DNA of 64,000 nt from Eledone cirrhosa (Eukaryota), in NCBI GenBank assembly GCA_964016885.1, contig OZ024740.1:325376001-325440000 (forward strand), given 5' to 3'. Below are positions 25,184 to 39,761 of the stretch, piece by piece; the first letter of the stretch is position 1, and each line of letters starts with the position of its first letter. Under the pieces are notes generated by a model that was not told the origin of the DNA, searched no databases, and was given only the letters and a program-made list of their open reading frames with translations. Both the position numbers and the translations under genes were made by a program.

Positions 25184-27980
25184 GTTTCTTTAGATAAATA
25201 GAGGTCTTTCTTTATTTGCCACAAGGCGTACAAGAAATGGGACATTACAAGACGTGACGGCTGGGGTTTTACATAAAAAATTGTGTAAGCTTTAAAATTA
25301 ATAAATTAAAATAAACTATATATGAAAATAAAATAACAATCGAAACTCTCACCCTCCGTTAGAAGGGTGGACACTAATGGGGCCTGTTGCTTCCAAAGGA
25401 ACTTGAAGAGTAGACATTCCATTTTAGCGGGGTGATCACGGGAACAAGGCACGACTGTCAAGCGGTAGTAGATGACGGACGCTATGTAAGTGTTCGCCAC
25501 CTCCGTTCGACTTTTTAAGGAGAGTTTGCACTCAGCCCAGTTCTGGGTGAGTGCAAATACCTTTGCCGTGACATCATTCCAGTTTTTTGTCCACCTGGAG
25601 GTCTGGACCAAATCAGTCCTCGAGCAATTTCACCGGTACTTCCGTCCAGCTTCCAACGACGCTGTCGGACGACATGGATTTGCCTCTCCATATGCCGAGT
25701 TGCAAACCGACAGACTTGTCCGGGTTTAGTTTTGGTCCTGTTAATGTTTCGTATTCCTGTAATAGGTAGTCGATTACCTCGATTTCCGAGGTTTTCGACA
25801 ACATGTTGGTCACGTCGTCGGCATAGGCCGACGCTTCGCAGTCCTGGTTCCATCGGGATGCCCGCAGTAGTGGCTCAAGAGTCAGCACATACAGAATGCA
25901 GGAGAGCGAGCATCCTTGACGGATGGAACGCGTGATTTGGAATGGCTCCGATAGGTAGCCACTCACCTTGACTGCCGAGCAGGTGTTGCTGCGCATTGCA
26001 GCGATCCAACCTATAAAGACGGGACCAAAACTGGCCGCCTTCAGAAATGCTTCCAAGTATTGTTGATTGACCCTATCAAATGCCTTAGATTGATCTAAAT
26101 TGATCAAATCCCCACCGCAGCCAGGTTTACACCTACCCTCTCTATGATGTATCACATGAGGTGGAGGTTGTCGTATATGGACCTGGTCACGTTTCCGCTC
26201 CCCCACCAGGTTCTCGACGATCGATAAGCGCTAGCCTCGTTGCTAACACCTTGGCCAAAATCTTCAACTCTGTGTTGAGCAAAGTTATGGGCCTGAAATT
26301 GCTTATGTTATCCTTTTTGTTGTCATCTTTCCTGATCAGCGTTACTACGCCTCTGCTTATAGAACTGGGAAGTCTCCCGTTCTGCTGCCAGCTGCAGTAG
26401 ACCGCTTCGAGGACGCTAGAGAACAAGTCACGCATGCCTATGTAAAACTCATAGGGTAGACCATCTAAACCGGGGGATTTACGTTTCCCATAGTGACCTA
26501 GGGCGTCTTCTATTTCACCCGCTGTGATCGGCCTTTTGCAGCTCTCCGCATCCGTGTTCGAGAGTCGCGGTAGGCCGTCGGGGTAGGAACTGAAGTCCAT
26601 CTCCCCGCTCGACACACCGCTCTGCCCGAACAGTTGTTCAAAGTGCTGCTGGAAGGCCATGTACATCTTGGATTCAAGTAGTACGCGTCCATCTTGGTTT
26701 TCCAAAGACCGAATTGTGTATTTGTTGCCACGTTTCATCTCTGCCACTCGGGCTCAGCTAACAGTTTTCGCCCCTTCGTTTCTCAGAGCACATGTTCTAC
26801 TTCTGACAATACAAACTTCGTGTTTCACGTTGAAGAACTGGTCTAGTGCCGTTCTCGTCGCTAGCACGTCAGCTATACTGCCACTCATAAGTGCCTCTTC
26901 TACTTTGCCTACCAATTCCTTCTCTGTCTTGTTCTTCTCTAAAGCTAATTCCTTGCTAAAAAATATTGATTCTTGTCTAATTGCTCTCTTGAGAGAGCAC
27001 CACCACCTGTTGTTGACGATAGCGTTGTTGACGATGGCGTTTAACTAAAGTGCTAATCCGTTTACTGTAAGCTTTACACGTTGGGAGCAACATATTTAGC
27101 TTCCAGTATCTGGGTCCCTGTTGATGTATTCTATCAAGGTTGACTATGCAGGTTACTAATTTGTGGTCTGAATAGTCAACCATGTGCATTTGTGGACAGC
27201 TTAATGTTTCCCTATCGTTTTGTCTAATTAGAAATCTATTTAAATACGATCTAGAAGACCCAGTGCGGTTGCTCCACGTCGACAATGGTGCACTTTGGAA
27301 ATCTAGTCGATATCTATTAACCAGTTGGAATTGGCTGATAAGATTTTTGCGGCTATTACACCCCGCTCTACTAACACATGCCCCACATAGATATAACGTG
27401 CATCCAAGATACCATTCCAGTCCCCCGCTAACAGTAAAGAGTGAGACATTCCCAGGAAATATTCTAGGCGCTTAAAGAACTCTTGCCTTGATGTCCCAGT
27501 CGGGGCATAAATGGCCACCAGTCTGAAAGCTCCACTTTCATTACCATTAACGTCTAGTGTCACCAAATTTCCCTCCGGGTCCAAGAAGATTGTCTGTATT
27601 TCGAGGTCCAGATTTTTCCGAAACAGTATAGCAACTCCACCTCCACCTCCCTGCTGACAAAATAGGTGCATAGATCTCGAAGTCGTCGACTATGGGGGTT
27701 AACCGCTGTTTGTCGTGTCGTGAATCCTGCACGCGCTGACGGCTATCACATCAATACGGTATGACCTGAAGTCATTTCAAAGGTGGCTCTGTTTCCAGGG
27801 CATCCCCAGGCCACGCACATTCAGACATCCTACTCGTACATTTACCATGTCGGTTGAAAAAGAGTTGGGAGAGAAAAAGGAACACTTACCCTTTTGTCTG
27901 CTGGAGGCCAGGTTCTTCGATCTCCATGTGCAGATTGTGGGTGCTTGAGGAGGGAGGAAATCCTTTTAGCAATACACAGT
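25184..27980 (-). mobile_element. Degenerate Tx1/L1-clade LINE (end of ORF1, ORF2 EN+RT, internal deletion, 3' UTR)
   Basis: ORF2 start at 27848 MVNVRVGCLNVRGL; GGVAILFRK, IYAP, SDH, KSPGLDG, NFRPITLLN, DQSKAFD, YADD; many frameshifts; jumps from K..APLV to the 3' UTR; ends GTGGCAAATAAAGAAA. Confidence 0.92.
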
Positions 27981-27982
27981 TA

Positions 27983-30897
27983 AGGGCCGATAGATTTCGA
28001 CTAGATTTTCCGACGGTGCCAACCTGGTCTTGGTCAAATCGCAGCGGATCATCTGGGTCGTACCTAGATAGGTTTTTAGTTAGAAATAAGGACAGGGACT
28101 TTTTAAGTTGTCCAGAAATGCTCATGGTTGGCTATTCAGACCACAAGTTGGTGACCTGCATGGTCAACCTTGATAGAGCGCATAGACAGGGCCCCGGTTA
28201 CTGGAAGCTCAACTTGTCCTTGCCGGCAAGTAGAGCTTACAGGGATCGGATTAGTACGTTAGTTAAGGAACGGTTGACTGGAGCGATCGTCAACAGCAGG
28301 TGGTGGGTATCTCTAAAGAGAGAGATTAGAGTAGTCTCGATAGAATTTAGTAAGGTTCTAGCTGCGGATAGGAATAGGAAGGAAAGGGAGCTAATAGATA
28401 GAGTAGAAGAGGCAATTAGAAGCGGCGACGTGGCCAGAGTGCTAGCGTCGAGAACGGCTTTGAGCCAGTTTTTCGACGCGAAGCACGAAGGCTGCGTTGT
28501 CCGAAGTAAAATACGTGCTCTAGGGAACGAGGGGACCAAAGCTGTTAGCTGGGCCCGCGTGACAGAGGCCAAGAGTGAAACTAAATCCACCATCCGGTCT
28601 TTGCGAGACCAGGATGGACGGGTGATCCTTGAGCCTAGGCAGATGTGTGAGGCCTTTCAAAGGCACTTTGCCCGACTGTTTGGTAGGGGCGAGGAGCCGG
28701 TTGGGGATGTGGACTTCGGTCCATACCTCGACGGGCTGCCGCGTCTCTCGGACAGGGAGGCGAAGTCCTGCGAGGAGCCGATTTCGGCCGCTGAGATAGA
28801 GGACGTGCTGAGCCAATGCGGCAAACGCAAATCCCCGGGTCTCGATGGTCTTCCATACGAATTATATCTAGCTATGCCGGACTTGTTCCCCGATCTCCTC
28901 GAGGCGGTCTACTGCAACTGGCAACAGAACGGGAGAATTCCCTGTACTGTGACCAAGGGCGTAGTCACGCTAGTGAGGAAGGACGAGAACAAGGGGGACG
29001 AAATAAGTAACTTCAGGCCCATAACTCTTCTAAATACAGAGTTACAGATTTTGGCCAAGGTGCTAGCAAAGAGGTTGGCGCTTGTGTGGGCAACCTGGTG
29101 GGAGATGCGCAGACATGTGCTATCCCGTCCAGGTCCATCCATGACAACCTCCACCTCATGCGATACATCATAGAGAGGGTTGGGAACGAACCCGGCTTTG
29201 GTGGGGCTCTGATCAACTTGGATCAATCTAAGGCGTTCGATAGGATCGACCATGGTTACCTGGATGCGGTGCTAGCGGCGGCAGGCTTCAGACCCGTTAT
29301 CAGGGGCTGGATCACTGCTATGCACAGCAGCCGCATCTTCTCTAGGGTCAAGGTGAATGGCTACCTCTCGGAGCCGTTCAAAATCGCGCGATCCATCCGA
29401 CAAGGGTGCCCTCTCTCCTCCCTTCTGTATGTGTTGACTCTCGAGCCACTACTGCGGAAGTTGGAGTTGTTGCAGGGAATCCCCTTGGAACCGGGATTGC
29501 GGAAAGTGGTGTCGGCCTACGCCGATGACGTGACAGTAATGGTGTCGACGGCCTCCGAAATCGGGGCGATCGGCACCTTACTGGAGGAGTACGAAAGGTT
29601 CACAGGGGCTAAGCTGAACCGGGACAAGTCGATCGGTTTGCAACTCGGCACGTGGAGGGGCAGACCGATGCCCTCCGATGGCGTCGTCGGACGCTGGACG
29701 GAGGGCCCGGTGAAGTTGCTCGGGGTCTGGTTCGGACCAGACCTCCAGGTGGAGAACTGGGCGGAGGTTACGAACAGGGTGTTTGCACTGACCCAGAAGT
29801 GGGCCAGTTGCAAACTATCCCTGAAAGGTCGGACGGAGGTGGCGAACACCTATATAGCGTCCGTCATCTACTGCCGCCTGACCGTAGTGCCTTGCCCAAG
29901 GGAAACCCTCGCCAAGATGGAGCGCGCGCTCTTCCAATTCCTCTGGAAGAGGCGGGCTCCTATGGTGAGGAGATCCATCTGCTGTCAACACCCTTCGAAA
30001 GGAGGGCTGGGGATGCCGTGACTAATGATGCGTAAACACGCATTAAGGCTACGGCACCTCCACGTATTCCTCACCGGTCAACCGGTGTGGGCCTCGTTTG
30101 TGAGACGAACCTTTCCCAGACTCGTCTCACTCACCGAGCTGCAATCCTGGGTCAAGCAAAGACCGAGAAAACTGGGCGCCTGGCACACTGAGTGTGCCCA
30201 GGCGCCCACCGCCCTCTGGCAGGCGGATCCGGTTATCAGTGGAGACTCCACCGCAACATTCTATAGAGGGCTGGTACGCAGCAGGTGCGACGACGCCCTC
30301 GGAGAAGCCCTAGACATGGAGGAAGACGAACTGGCCAGCCTGTTCGGTAGGACATTCAGTCCGGGACCTATGGACAACTTCCAGAAGTCCCTGGCCTGGC
30401 AGTGCTACCGAGGGGCTCTACCCGTTCGAGAAAAGCTCTACAGACACGGGCGCCCGGGTAGGGACCCCGCCAAAAAGATCTGTCCCAGATGCGTGTGCGA
30501 CGAGGAAACCGTTGCACACGCATTGGTACACTGCTCGGGCGTAGCCGATCTGTGGGGCTATGTCGAACAACTGCTGTCAAGGGTGGGACCGATCCGGTTG
30601 ACCACCGAGTCTATTGTAATGATCAAGCCGCCTCCCCCCTTCAAAGATGAAGGAGAGGCGGTGTTTCTGTGCGTGATAGCCATGGTGAAAGAAGTTGTAT
30701 GGTGGACGCGTCTGAAAGGACTGAGGTCAGGCACCTTTCTCTCTGGCCAACAACTGGTCCGTTTCTTTCGATATCATTTCGGAAGAAGGATCAGGATGGA
30801 GAGAGAGGTGCTGCACCCCAGCCGTTTCTATGAAAGGTGGGTGAAAGTGGCGAGAATGGCCCGTGTGAATGGGCCTTCTCTTTACATAAGCCTGTAG
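27983..30897 (+). pseudogene. Tx1 ORF2 (APE endonuclease-RT-zinc finger) with one frameshift (~29085) and one stop (30019-30021)
   Basis: ORF-track pieces 27854-29173, 29086-30021 and 30025-30897 are colinear; RQGCPLS, YADD, GGLGMP motifs. Confidence 0.92.
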
Positions 30898-31166
30898 GTG
30901 GAAAAGAGGAAGGAACAAGGGAGCACCCCCTCTCTGTGCTCCTGAGGAGAAGGATTGCACACTTTTTTCGGGGGTGTGTGCGATCCCCCAAGGCGCCTCC
31001 TCTCTATTGAGGATTTTGTTATAAATTTTATTTTTTGTTATATTTTATTTTATTTTTATATTTTGTTATTGCCTCCTCCTTATTGAGGACGCCTTGTTTT
31101 GTAAACTCCCCCCCCCCCCATTGTACTTGTCCCACTTTTGATGCCCTGGTGGCAAATAAAAGAAAC
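27983..31166 (+). mobile_element. Young 5'-truncated Tx1/L1-clade LINE
   Basis: EN C-terminus (SYLDRFLV, SDH), full RT, CCHC CPRC..ETVAHALVHC, 3' UTR ending GTGGCAAATAAAAGAAAC then ATATCTATCT. Confidence 0.95.
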
Positions 31167-31364
31167 ATATCTATCTGTCGGTCAGTCCTCATGTCGATTT
31201 GTTCTCCATGTTGTAATACAAGCGGTTAAATAAATTACGGTTTCGGTGCATTAAGATTGATAACGTTCATTCCAGTGCACATTGAAGCATAAAAAAAAGC
31301 AGGTAGAAACAAGTTACTCCTTTAGGCAAATTAAACACATATATATGTAAATATATACAAGTAA

Positions 31365-31565
31365 ATATGTTTTTGAAACAGCGAGGGAGTTTGAAGTTAG
31401 AAATAGAAGCTTTCGCCGTATTTTTTTACTAAAGAAATTTCTGCTTTTTAGTGAGCTTTAGAACCCTTTAAGAAATGGAAAAAGATGAGTATTGACGTAT
31501 ATGTCCGTCAATACTATCAGGCTAAAATTTCTTTAGTCAAAATATATGGCAAAAGCTTCTATTTA
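31365..31565. repeat. Dispersed repeat with local inversion (other copy 22860-22945)
   Basis: GAAACAGCGAG..AAATAGAAGCTTTCGCCGTA..ACTAAAGAAATTT in both copies; 31401-31440 inverted at 31525-31564. Confidence 0.75.
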
Positions 31566-31905
31566 TAAATATATATTTGTATGTGTATCTATAGAAAAAG
31601 ACACTTGTTCAATATGTTACGCAGTGGAACCGAACCTGGAAAATTGTGATTGCTAATTGAACTTCTTAACCATTCGGCAAGATGTAGGTGTCAATGTAAC
31701 TAATTGGTTAACCACATTTCAGTCTATGCTGTATTGTAGTGGTGCTAATTATGAGAATACAATAGACAGTTGATTGTGTGTTTCACACCTGATTGAAATA
31801 TTAATGATCTTGCTATGAAAATGAAATTCATCTGTACAAAGAGAAAAAAAGATATGAGGATTAGAAAATTTCTATAAATCGATTGCAAATAAATACAGGA
31901 ATATG

Positions 31906-31951
<46 letters not shown>

Positions 31952-31991
31952 AGTGTGTGTGTATGTAATATATATATATATATATATACAG

Positions 31992-32022
<31 letters not shown>

Positions 32023-32422
32023 CATATATGAGCCTATATATATATGCGTGTGTGTGTGTGTATATATGATTGTATGTGTGAAATTGTAGATGATAGATAA
32101 ATTATTATTGATTCAGAAGAAACTAGTGACAATCACAGCATTTCACAAACACATCCGATGTGAATTCAATTTCTCATGGAAACATAAACACTGAGAATCA
32201 ATGTAAAGACGTTACGTCTTACACCTGAATACTGTCACCGCCTAAATAATATATACAACAATTTTATCTATCATTCCATCTATCTATCTATACACACGCA
32301 CTCACGCACGCACGCACTCACACGCGCACATACATTTATATATATATATGTATATGTATGATTATATATGTATGAATATATATATATATATGATTATATA
32401 TGTATGAATATATATATATATA

Positions 32423-32476
<54 letters not shown>

Positions 32477-32663
32477 AATACTTAACTATATAACACATTA
32501 AATCTATACATATATATGCATACATATAAACATACATATTTACGTATATACATACACATACATACATGTATACATACATAACATACATACATACATACAT
32601 ACATACATACATACATACATACATACATACATAGATACATAGATACATACATACATACATACA

Positions 32664-32698
<35 letters not shown>

Positions 32699-32736
32699 TC
32701 GTCCAACACTTGCTAGAAGCCAAAACGTACGTTAAA

Positions 32737-32768
<32 letters not shown>

Positions 32769-32823
32769 GAGGAGGAGGAGGAGGAGGAGGAGGGGGAGGG
32801 GGGAGGAGGAGGAGGAAGTGGTT

Positions 32824-32901
<78 letters not shown>

Positions 32902-33352
32902 AATATAGCCAACAATTGTTCCACGAAATACGCCTCCTCTTTCATTACATTCAATAGAAATAAAGCTTATGAAGGAGGTGCACTCTCAACTTCACCTCTC
33001 GATCTTTCGACTGAGAATGAAATATTTATGAAGGAAACAGCTACAAATCAATTATTCTTCTGAGAAATATATGATTAGTTGACAATACTTTGTTCAATGT
33101 GATTCCACAAAATAAAACTTTAAATATGGAGGAAAAAAATTCTTCCGTTTCAATGTTGTCACTTTATAACTTTGATATTTATCCTAATGGCAAAATATAT
33201 GTAAGTGATAGTACCGAATAAGTAAACGTCACTGAAGATGTATAAAAATCTTGAAATATTAATGTCTGTCCTTCTCACACGTCTACTATGATAGCTGTGA
33301 TATGACCATAGCTTACAATACTCACTGTGAGTTTTTGTACGTTTATTATACA

Positions 33353-33628
33353 TGAGCATTGTGGGGAGAGTGTTGGACTTACGATCATAATGTCGTGGGT
33401 TCGATTCCTGGTCTGGGTTGCGTGCTGTGTTCTTGAGGAAACACTTCATTTCACGTTGCTACAGTATACACAGCAATAGATGGGGGGGGGGGGGTTAACC
33501 CTGCGATGAACTGGCGTCCTTTCCAGTGGTGGGGAATCTTGATCTTTCAGTCGCTTCACGTCATAAAATCGGGATAAGCACCAGACTAACGAGCTTTTTG
33601 GTTTAAGGCAGACTTTAGATCTTTAGAT
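33353..33628 (+). mobile_element. tRNA-derived SINE with (TTTAGA)n-like tail
   Basis: GGGTTCGATTCC B-box, GTGTTCTTGAG..ACACTTCATTTCACGTTGCT core, AACCCTGCGATG..CTGGCGTCC; same family as 43146-43427. Confidence 0.8.
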
Positions 33629-34371
33629 AGTATATATGCTTTCACATACGCCTTTATTATGAATAACACTGTGATAGTTCTACAGGCTAATTACTTCACC
33701 ATCAGTGTACACCATAATACACCAGCGTTGTATATTACCTCCACCATGTCGAAAATGGAATGTTTTCGGCAGTTATTATTATATTTTTGTTTACCTACAC
33801 CACAAAGAAAGACTGGCTGCTCCCGTCTGAAGACTCATAGGAGAAGTCTTTAGAAACTATCTATCATGCCCCACACCATAGCAATTCCCTCCCCCAGTCA
33901 TGTACCACACAGCACGCCCACCCCGCGAGTGATTCCTCGTTACTGTCACTTAAATTCTATACGTAATGTTGGAGAGTCCATAGAAATTGGTTGCTTCAGC
34001 AACTGAAAGAAAATGCGAGAAAGCCAGAGTGGAAGAAGAAGAAGAAGAAGAAGAAGAAGAAGAAGAAGAAGAAGAAGAAGAAGAAGAAGATATCAACATG
34101 AGCAAACAATAGCACCGCACAACAAGACATTCCTGTATTAGGCAGCACCACTTCTTATACCATATATAATATTGAAGGTTTATTAATAATGTCCACCATT
34201 GTAAATATGGAGGTAATCAAATGTCTACAGGAAGACTAACTGGCTAAAAATCAAGGCATTTATATTTCTCTTCCTCTCTATCTCTTATTCATTACTGAAG
34301 GACTGCAGTACATCAGATATGATATACATATAATCAAATAATCTAATGGGTATATATATATATACATACAT

Positions 34372-34443
<72 letters not shown>

Positions 34444-34497
34444 TATATATATATAATATATATATATATACATATATATATGTATATATATAGATAG

Positions 34498-34592
<95 letters not shown>

Positions 34593-34682
34593 TGTGGGCA
34601 TGTGTCTGCGTGTATGTATATATACGTATATATATATATGTGTGTGTGTGTGTGTTTGTGTGTTTATGCGTTTGAGTGTATG

Positions 34683-34900
34683 TGAAGGCGTTTGTCTTAG
34701 CGCTTAGAGAGATAGCTCGATTCCCGGATCAGGTTATGCGTTGCATCCTTAGGCAAGACATTTTATTTCCAGTTGCTCCAGTTCACTCAGTTGCAGAAAT
34801 TAGTTGTTACGTCTCAAGTGCCAAGCTGTATCGGCCTTTCCCTTGGACAATATCGATGGTGTGGAGAGACTGGTATGCATGAGTGACTTTTCCTCTTCCT
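34683..34900 (+). mobile_element. Diverged tRNA-derived SINE
   Basis: GAAGGCG head, CTCGATTCCCGG, CCTTAGGCAAGACATTTTATTTC..GTTGCTCCAG core. Confidence 0.7.
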
Positions 34901-35193
34901 CAAAACATATCGCCTCGGAAGAGTAGTTTTTAGTTCCAAAACCCATACATACCACGGTATCGTTCATACATCTTACTTATTTATTCCTTCCTTTGAGAAA
35001 ACCTTTTATCCGCAGGGATATATCCGCTGTGTTTCTACTCGGCGTAAATGTGTACATATTTTTGTACATATTTTTTAACATATTGTTGCCAAAAATTATT
35101 ATTTTTTTTACCCTTTTTAATGTTTGTTTTAACTGTCTTAGATTTTTACTGTTTGCTCCACTGTTCTCTTGTGTCGTCTTTACCCACTATATG

Positions 35194-35268
<75 letters not shown>

Positions 35269-35271
35269 ATG

Positions 35272-35389
<118 letters not shown>

Positions 35390-35682
35390 CAGGAATGTTT
35401 AGAGAGGTTATGAGCTCCGTTCTTTCTTCGATTACCAAATAATATACATAGTATAAGTGTGATAACATGAATGGCATCAAGGTTTATGTAAAGTTACGGG
35501 TATTTACCCCAGGGTACAATATATCACCTGCTGCCAAGTACGTTATCCAATCTACCCTGCTAAGTCTGACAACAACATCTGACTTCCTCACGTACTTACC
35601 TACCCGATCACCCAAATGGTCGGCTGCTTCTAGCTTAGCTAATTACATACATATGTAACAAGGTAAATACACAGAAGAAGCT

Positions 35683-35773
<91 letters not shown>

Positions 35774-36059
35774 GGGGGGGTTGTATGTGTGTGTGTGTGT
35801 ATGATGTATGTATATGCATACATACATATATACATATATGTGTGTGTATGTGTGTGTATGTGTGTGTGTGTATGATGTATGTATATGCATACATACATAT
35901 ATACATATATATATATATGCGTATGTGTGTATGTGTGTGAGTGTATGATGTATGTATATGCATACATACATATGTATGTATGCATGCATGTGTGGTGTGT
36001 GTGTATTTGTGTATGTATATGTGTATTAAGTATGATTGTATATATGGTGTGTATTATGT

Positions 36060-36133
<74 letters not shown>

Positions 36134-36738
36134 GTATACATATTGCCAAAATATGGGGAATTTCCCCTTGTGACTTACGCATGCGCGTTTACTAAGCTCT
36201 GCGTCACTCGCAAAGTTGGTTATAGAGCAAAATTACCTGTTGATAACGTGATATTCCTTGTTCGATCTTTATGCTGAAAGCTTATAGTTTTAAGCAGACA
36301 GTATTATTGATTTAGGTGTCATAGAAACCCTGCATTTGGATTTTACCACCAATTCCATTTGGGTCCAGGTTTTTATCATTTATTTTGTTCGACCTGTTCA
36401 GTTTGTATGGTGTTTTAACATTGTTTAGCTCTAGTTTTTTAACTATTGAGCGCTTGCCAGCATTTCTACGATTTTGCGTTTCGTTTCGCTTTTTCTACCA
36501 GCCGAAATACGATTCTCGCTGAATTATATTTGTATATATATATATCGTTTTATAAATACATAAGAATCATATATACATATACATATAAATAGCTGTGTTT
36601 ACATAAATACATACATGCCTCTATGTATATACACACTCATATATACGCGCGACTAAACAATTTCAAAGATATTTTTAAACATTATACACGCGCACCACTA
36701 TATATATAATGTATATATATATACATACACACACACAC

Positions 36739-36797
<59 letters not shown>

Positions 36798-37091
36798 CAG
36801 GGTGTCCCAAAAATATGTATACACACTTTGATTAGATTGCTATTGAAGTTTGTATACATATTTGAGTATACATACACACTTACGCCTAAACGAACGCACA
36901 CAAGTATATCTAGACATATACACACACAAGTATACCTTCCAATACATGTGTGTTTCTGTGTGTGTGTGTGTGTGCGCGCGCGCGTGTGTATGTGTATATC
37001 TATCACGTGTATCAATTATAACCATGTGTCACACGTTAAGTAGAACTTTAACAAGCATTGTGGGTACTTAAGAGACTGTGGAAAGAATATT

Positions 37092-37151
<60 letters not shown>

Positions 37152-37274
37152 AAGCTCACCACCACTCCATATTCAGCTCCCTCCATCCAACACTCTGTTA
37201 AAGTGCTCAACTTCCACCGAGAAATTCCAGCATCCATCTTAAGCCCGTTACATACATGACGGCAGCTCAGTCTT

Positions 37275-37612
37275 CCGTCTCCACCTCATCCACCACACCA
37301 CCTCTTCCATCCCCTCTACCTCTTCCATCACCTCCACCTTCTCCAGCCCCTCCATCTCCTCCATCTCTTCCACTACCTCCACCTTCTCCACCTCTTCCAT
37401 CCCCTCCACCACCTCCTCCACCTCTTCACCACCACCACCTTCTCCACCACCTCCCCCACCACCTCCTCCACCACCTCCTCCACCACCTCCATCTCTTCCA
37501 TCCCCTCCACCTCCACCACCTTCTCCACCACCTCCATCTCTTCCATCCCCTCTATCTCACCTCCTCCACCCCCTCCAGCTATGCCACCACCTCCATCTCT
37601 ACGTCCTCCTCC
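37275..37612. repeat. (CCT/CCA)-rich low-complexity tract
   Basis: Direct inspection. Confidence 0.9.
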
Positions 37613-38239
37613 ATACATTAGTTGACGTTGCTGTGTTACGGAGTGTGAAACAATAGCAACAGTGTCACAAACAACAGTATTTACAAAAATTTTAAACATC
37701 TCGAATAACGACCAGAGCTACAACAACAACAACAACAACAACAGCAATGTTAACAACAACAAAAACTACGCAAACACACCACCAACAACAACAACAGCAA
37801 CAATGTTAACAATTTCCCAATCAAATTATTAATAAATCTAATGACAACGTCAAACCAAGGTTATTCCGCTAAGATGGTAGCCATAAATAATTTTAAATTA
37901 TTTGGCATTTTTGGGTGTTGGCCAGTTTATTATATAGCAGTAGATAGTTCATTATTTTTGACAGCCTCTTCTTGTGTTGTAATATCGCCAACAGAACAAT
38001 TATTGAAGTAAAGAACAGCTATATATATATATATATATGTATTCTCTCGTCTCTTATTTTGTAATACGACTTGTAGTACTAGTGTTACGAAATAATATCC
38101 CGACACACGAATGAATTGTTCCGAATATACAACGATTTATACCCCCAGACATAAACGTATAGTTCAAGAATATTGGCAAAACATTGAATCAGATAAAAGG
38201 ACAAACACACATGTATATATAAACACAAATAAAAGTACT

Positions 38240-38354
<115 letters not shown>

Positions 38355-38474
38355 GTGTGTGTGTGCGTGTGTGTGTGCGTGTGTGTGTGTAAAATTAAAC
38401 AGAAATGGCAGAGCAAATGGCACAGTACATTGAAGAAATATATTAGTTTAACATTTAAAATAGCAGGAAAAGAG

Positions 38475-38510
38475 TCTTAACATTTCGGACGCTAGTCCTT
38501 TATCAGAAGA
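38475..38510 (-). ncRNA. Degenerate hammerhead motif (10489 family)
   Basis: Minus strand CTGATAA-A-GGAC(TAGC)GTCC-GAAAT-GTT-AAGA; G8>A and C15.2>T. Confidence 0.55.
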
Positions 38511-38597
38511 TAGAGTTAGAAATAGAAGATAAAATAGAAGATAAAGACTGAAAAGAGGAAGGAACGGGGGGAAATGAGAAAAGTATTTGTCAGCCAT

Positions 38598-38636
<39 letters not shown>

Positions 38637-38641
<5 letters not shown>

Positions 38642-39113
38642 GGAAAAAATGTCTCACTCTTAGTACGGCTGTTACTTAAATATAAGTATGTATACGTACA
38701 TACATATATGTATACAGACGTACAGTAGTATGTATATATACACATACATGCACACATATATATATGTACGTATGGGTTTACCGTACATTTATTATAATGC
38801 TCGGTTAGCTGGCGATAGCTAATAAGCTTGAAACTAGTACATCGTTCCTTTGTCAGTGTTGAACAAAAGGGCAACGATGGTTGCTAAACACTGTACGGCT
38901 TAATTCGGGCTGTTTGTTTACAAACAAACCGAGCATTATAATAAATGTTCGGTAAACCCATACGTGCATATATATGTGTGTGAATTTATGTATATATATA
39001 TATACATACTAATGTACGTCTGTATACATTTATGTATGTACGTATACATACTTATATTTAAGTAACAGCCGTACTAAGAGTGAGAAATGAAATTTCGTTT
39101 CATTTTTTCCATT
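38637..39113. mobile_element. Fold-back element, ~170-bp arms around a hammerhead-containing spacer
   Basis: 38637-38805 inverted at 38926-39113; spacer has CTGGCGA-TAGCT(AATA)AGCTT-GAAA-CTAGTA-CATCG (38809-38844), homologous to 2476-2511. Confidence 0.85.
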
Positions 39114-39138
39114 TATCGTTTTCGGTACGCCCGGATAA

Positions 39139-39485
39139 TTTTTTAATTGAGAGATAATGTAGGGGAGGTAACTTATAATTATCTAAGTTACTTATAGCTA
39201 TTTGACTTATTAGCTACAAGTAAAAATGGGGCTAGATGACTATGTTGGGTCAAATATTCTGTTGGCGAAGGAATTAGCCCTTCGATGTTGACAGCTAATA
39301 GTTACCTCCGTTCTATCGTTCATCGGTAGAGATTGTAATAGAGTTATGTAATATGCTTCGGTAATACAGAGATCACAAGATTTTCTTCGTCCATTGAACG
39401 GTTGGGCCCTAGCTAAGATATCTCAGCTATAACTAACTTAGATAATTATAAGTTACCTCTCCTACATTGTCTCTCAATTAAAAAA
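39139..39485. mobile_element. Fold-back or MITE-like element with ~61-bp inverted ends
   Basis: 39139-39199 inverted at 39425-39485 with few mismatches. Confidence 0.75.
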
Positions 39486-39761
39486 AAAAAAATTAGCACT
39501 TAACTATAAACTACCCACAATTTCTAATATCTCGAGGAGTTACATCCCCTGAAACCACACTCTAATTAGTAAGGTAAATATGTCCATTGGCGGCCATCTT
39601 GTTACCCATAGGCAGATCTCACACAATGCAGTCTCAACAGATGAATACTGTTTGATTATGGCTGACAATTGATACACCCAGGACACCATAGTGAAATACC
39701 AATATATGGAGCATTACATTATGTAACATTCTCTCCTTATTTTAATTTATATTCCTTTGAA

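Noticed and set aside
27854-27982. N-terminus of the 439-aa ORF as a real start
   Set aside because: These codons are the antisense of the neighbouring element's ORF1 tail; homology begins only at ~27983
36797-36835. TACAGGGTGTCCC Tc1/mariner-like termini (also ~9965 and ~60966)
   Set aside because: Only single ends seen; no partner TIR to delimit an element
39586-39601. CCAAT plus YY1-like motif (also ETS-like CCGGAA at ~44666 and ~63979) as promoters
   Set aside because: Short motifs with no associated gene or CpG island; expected by chance or inside repeats
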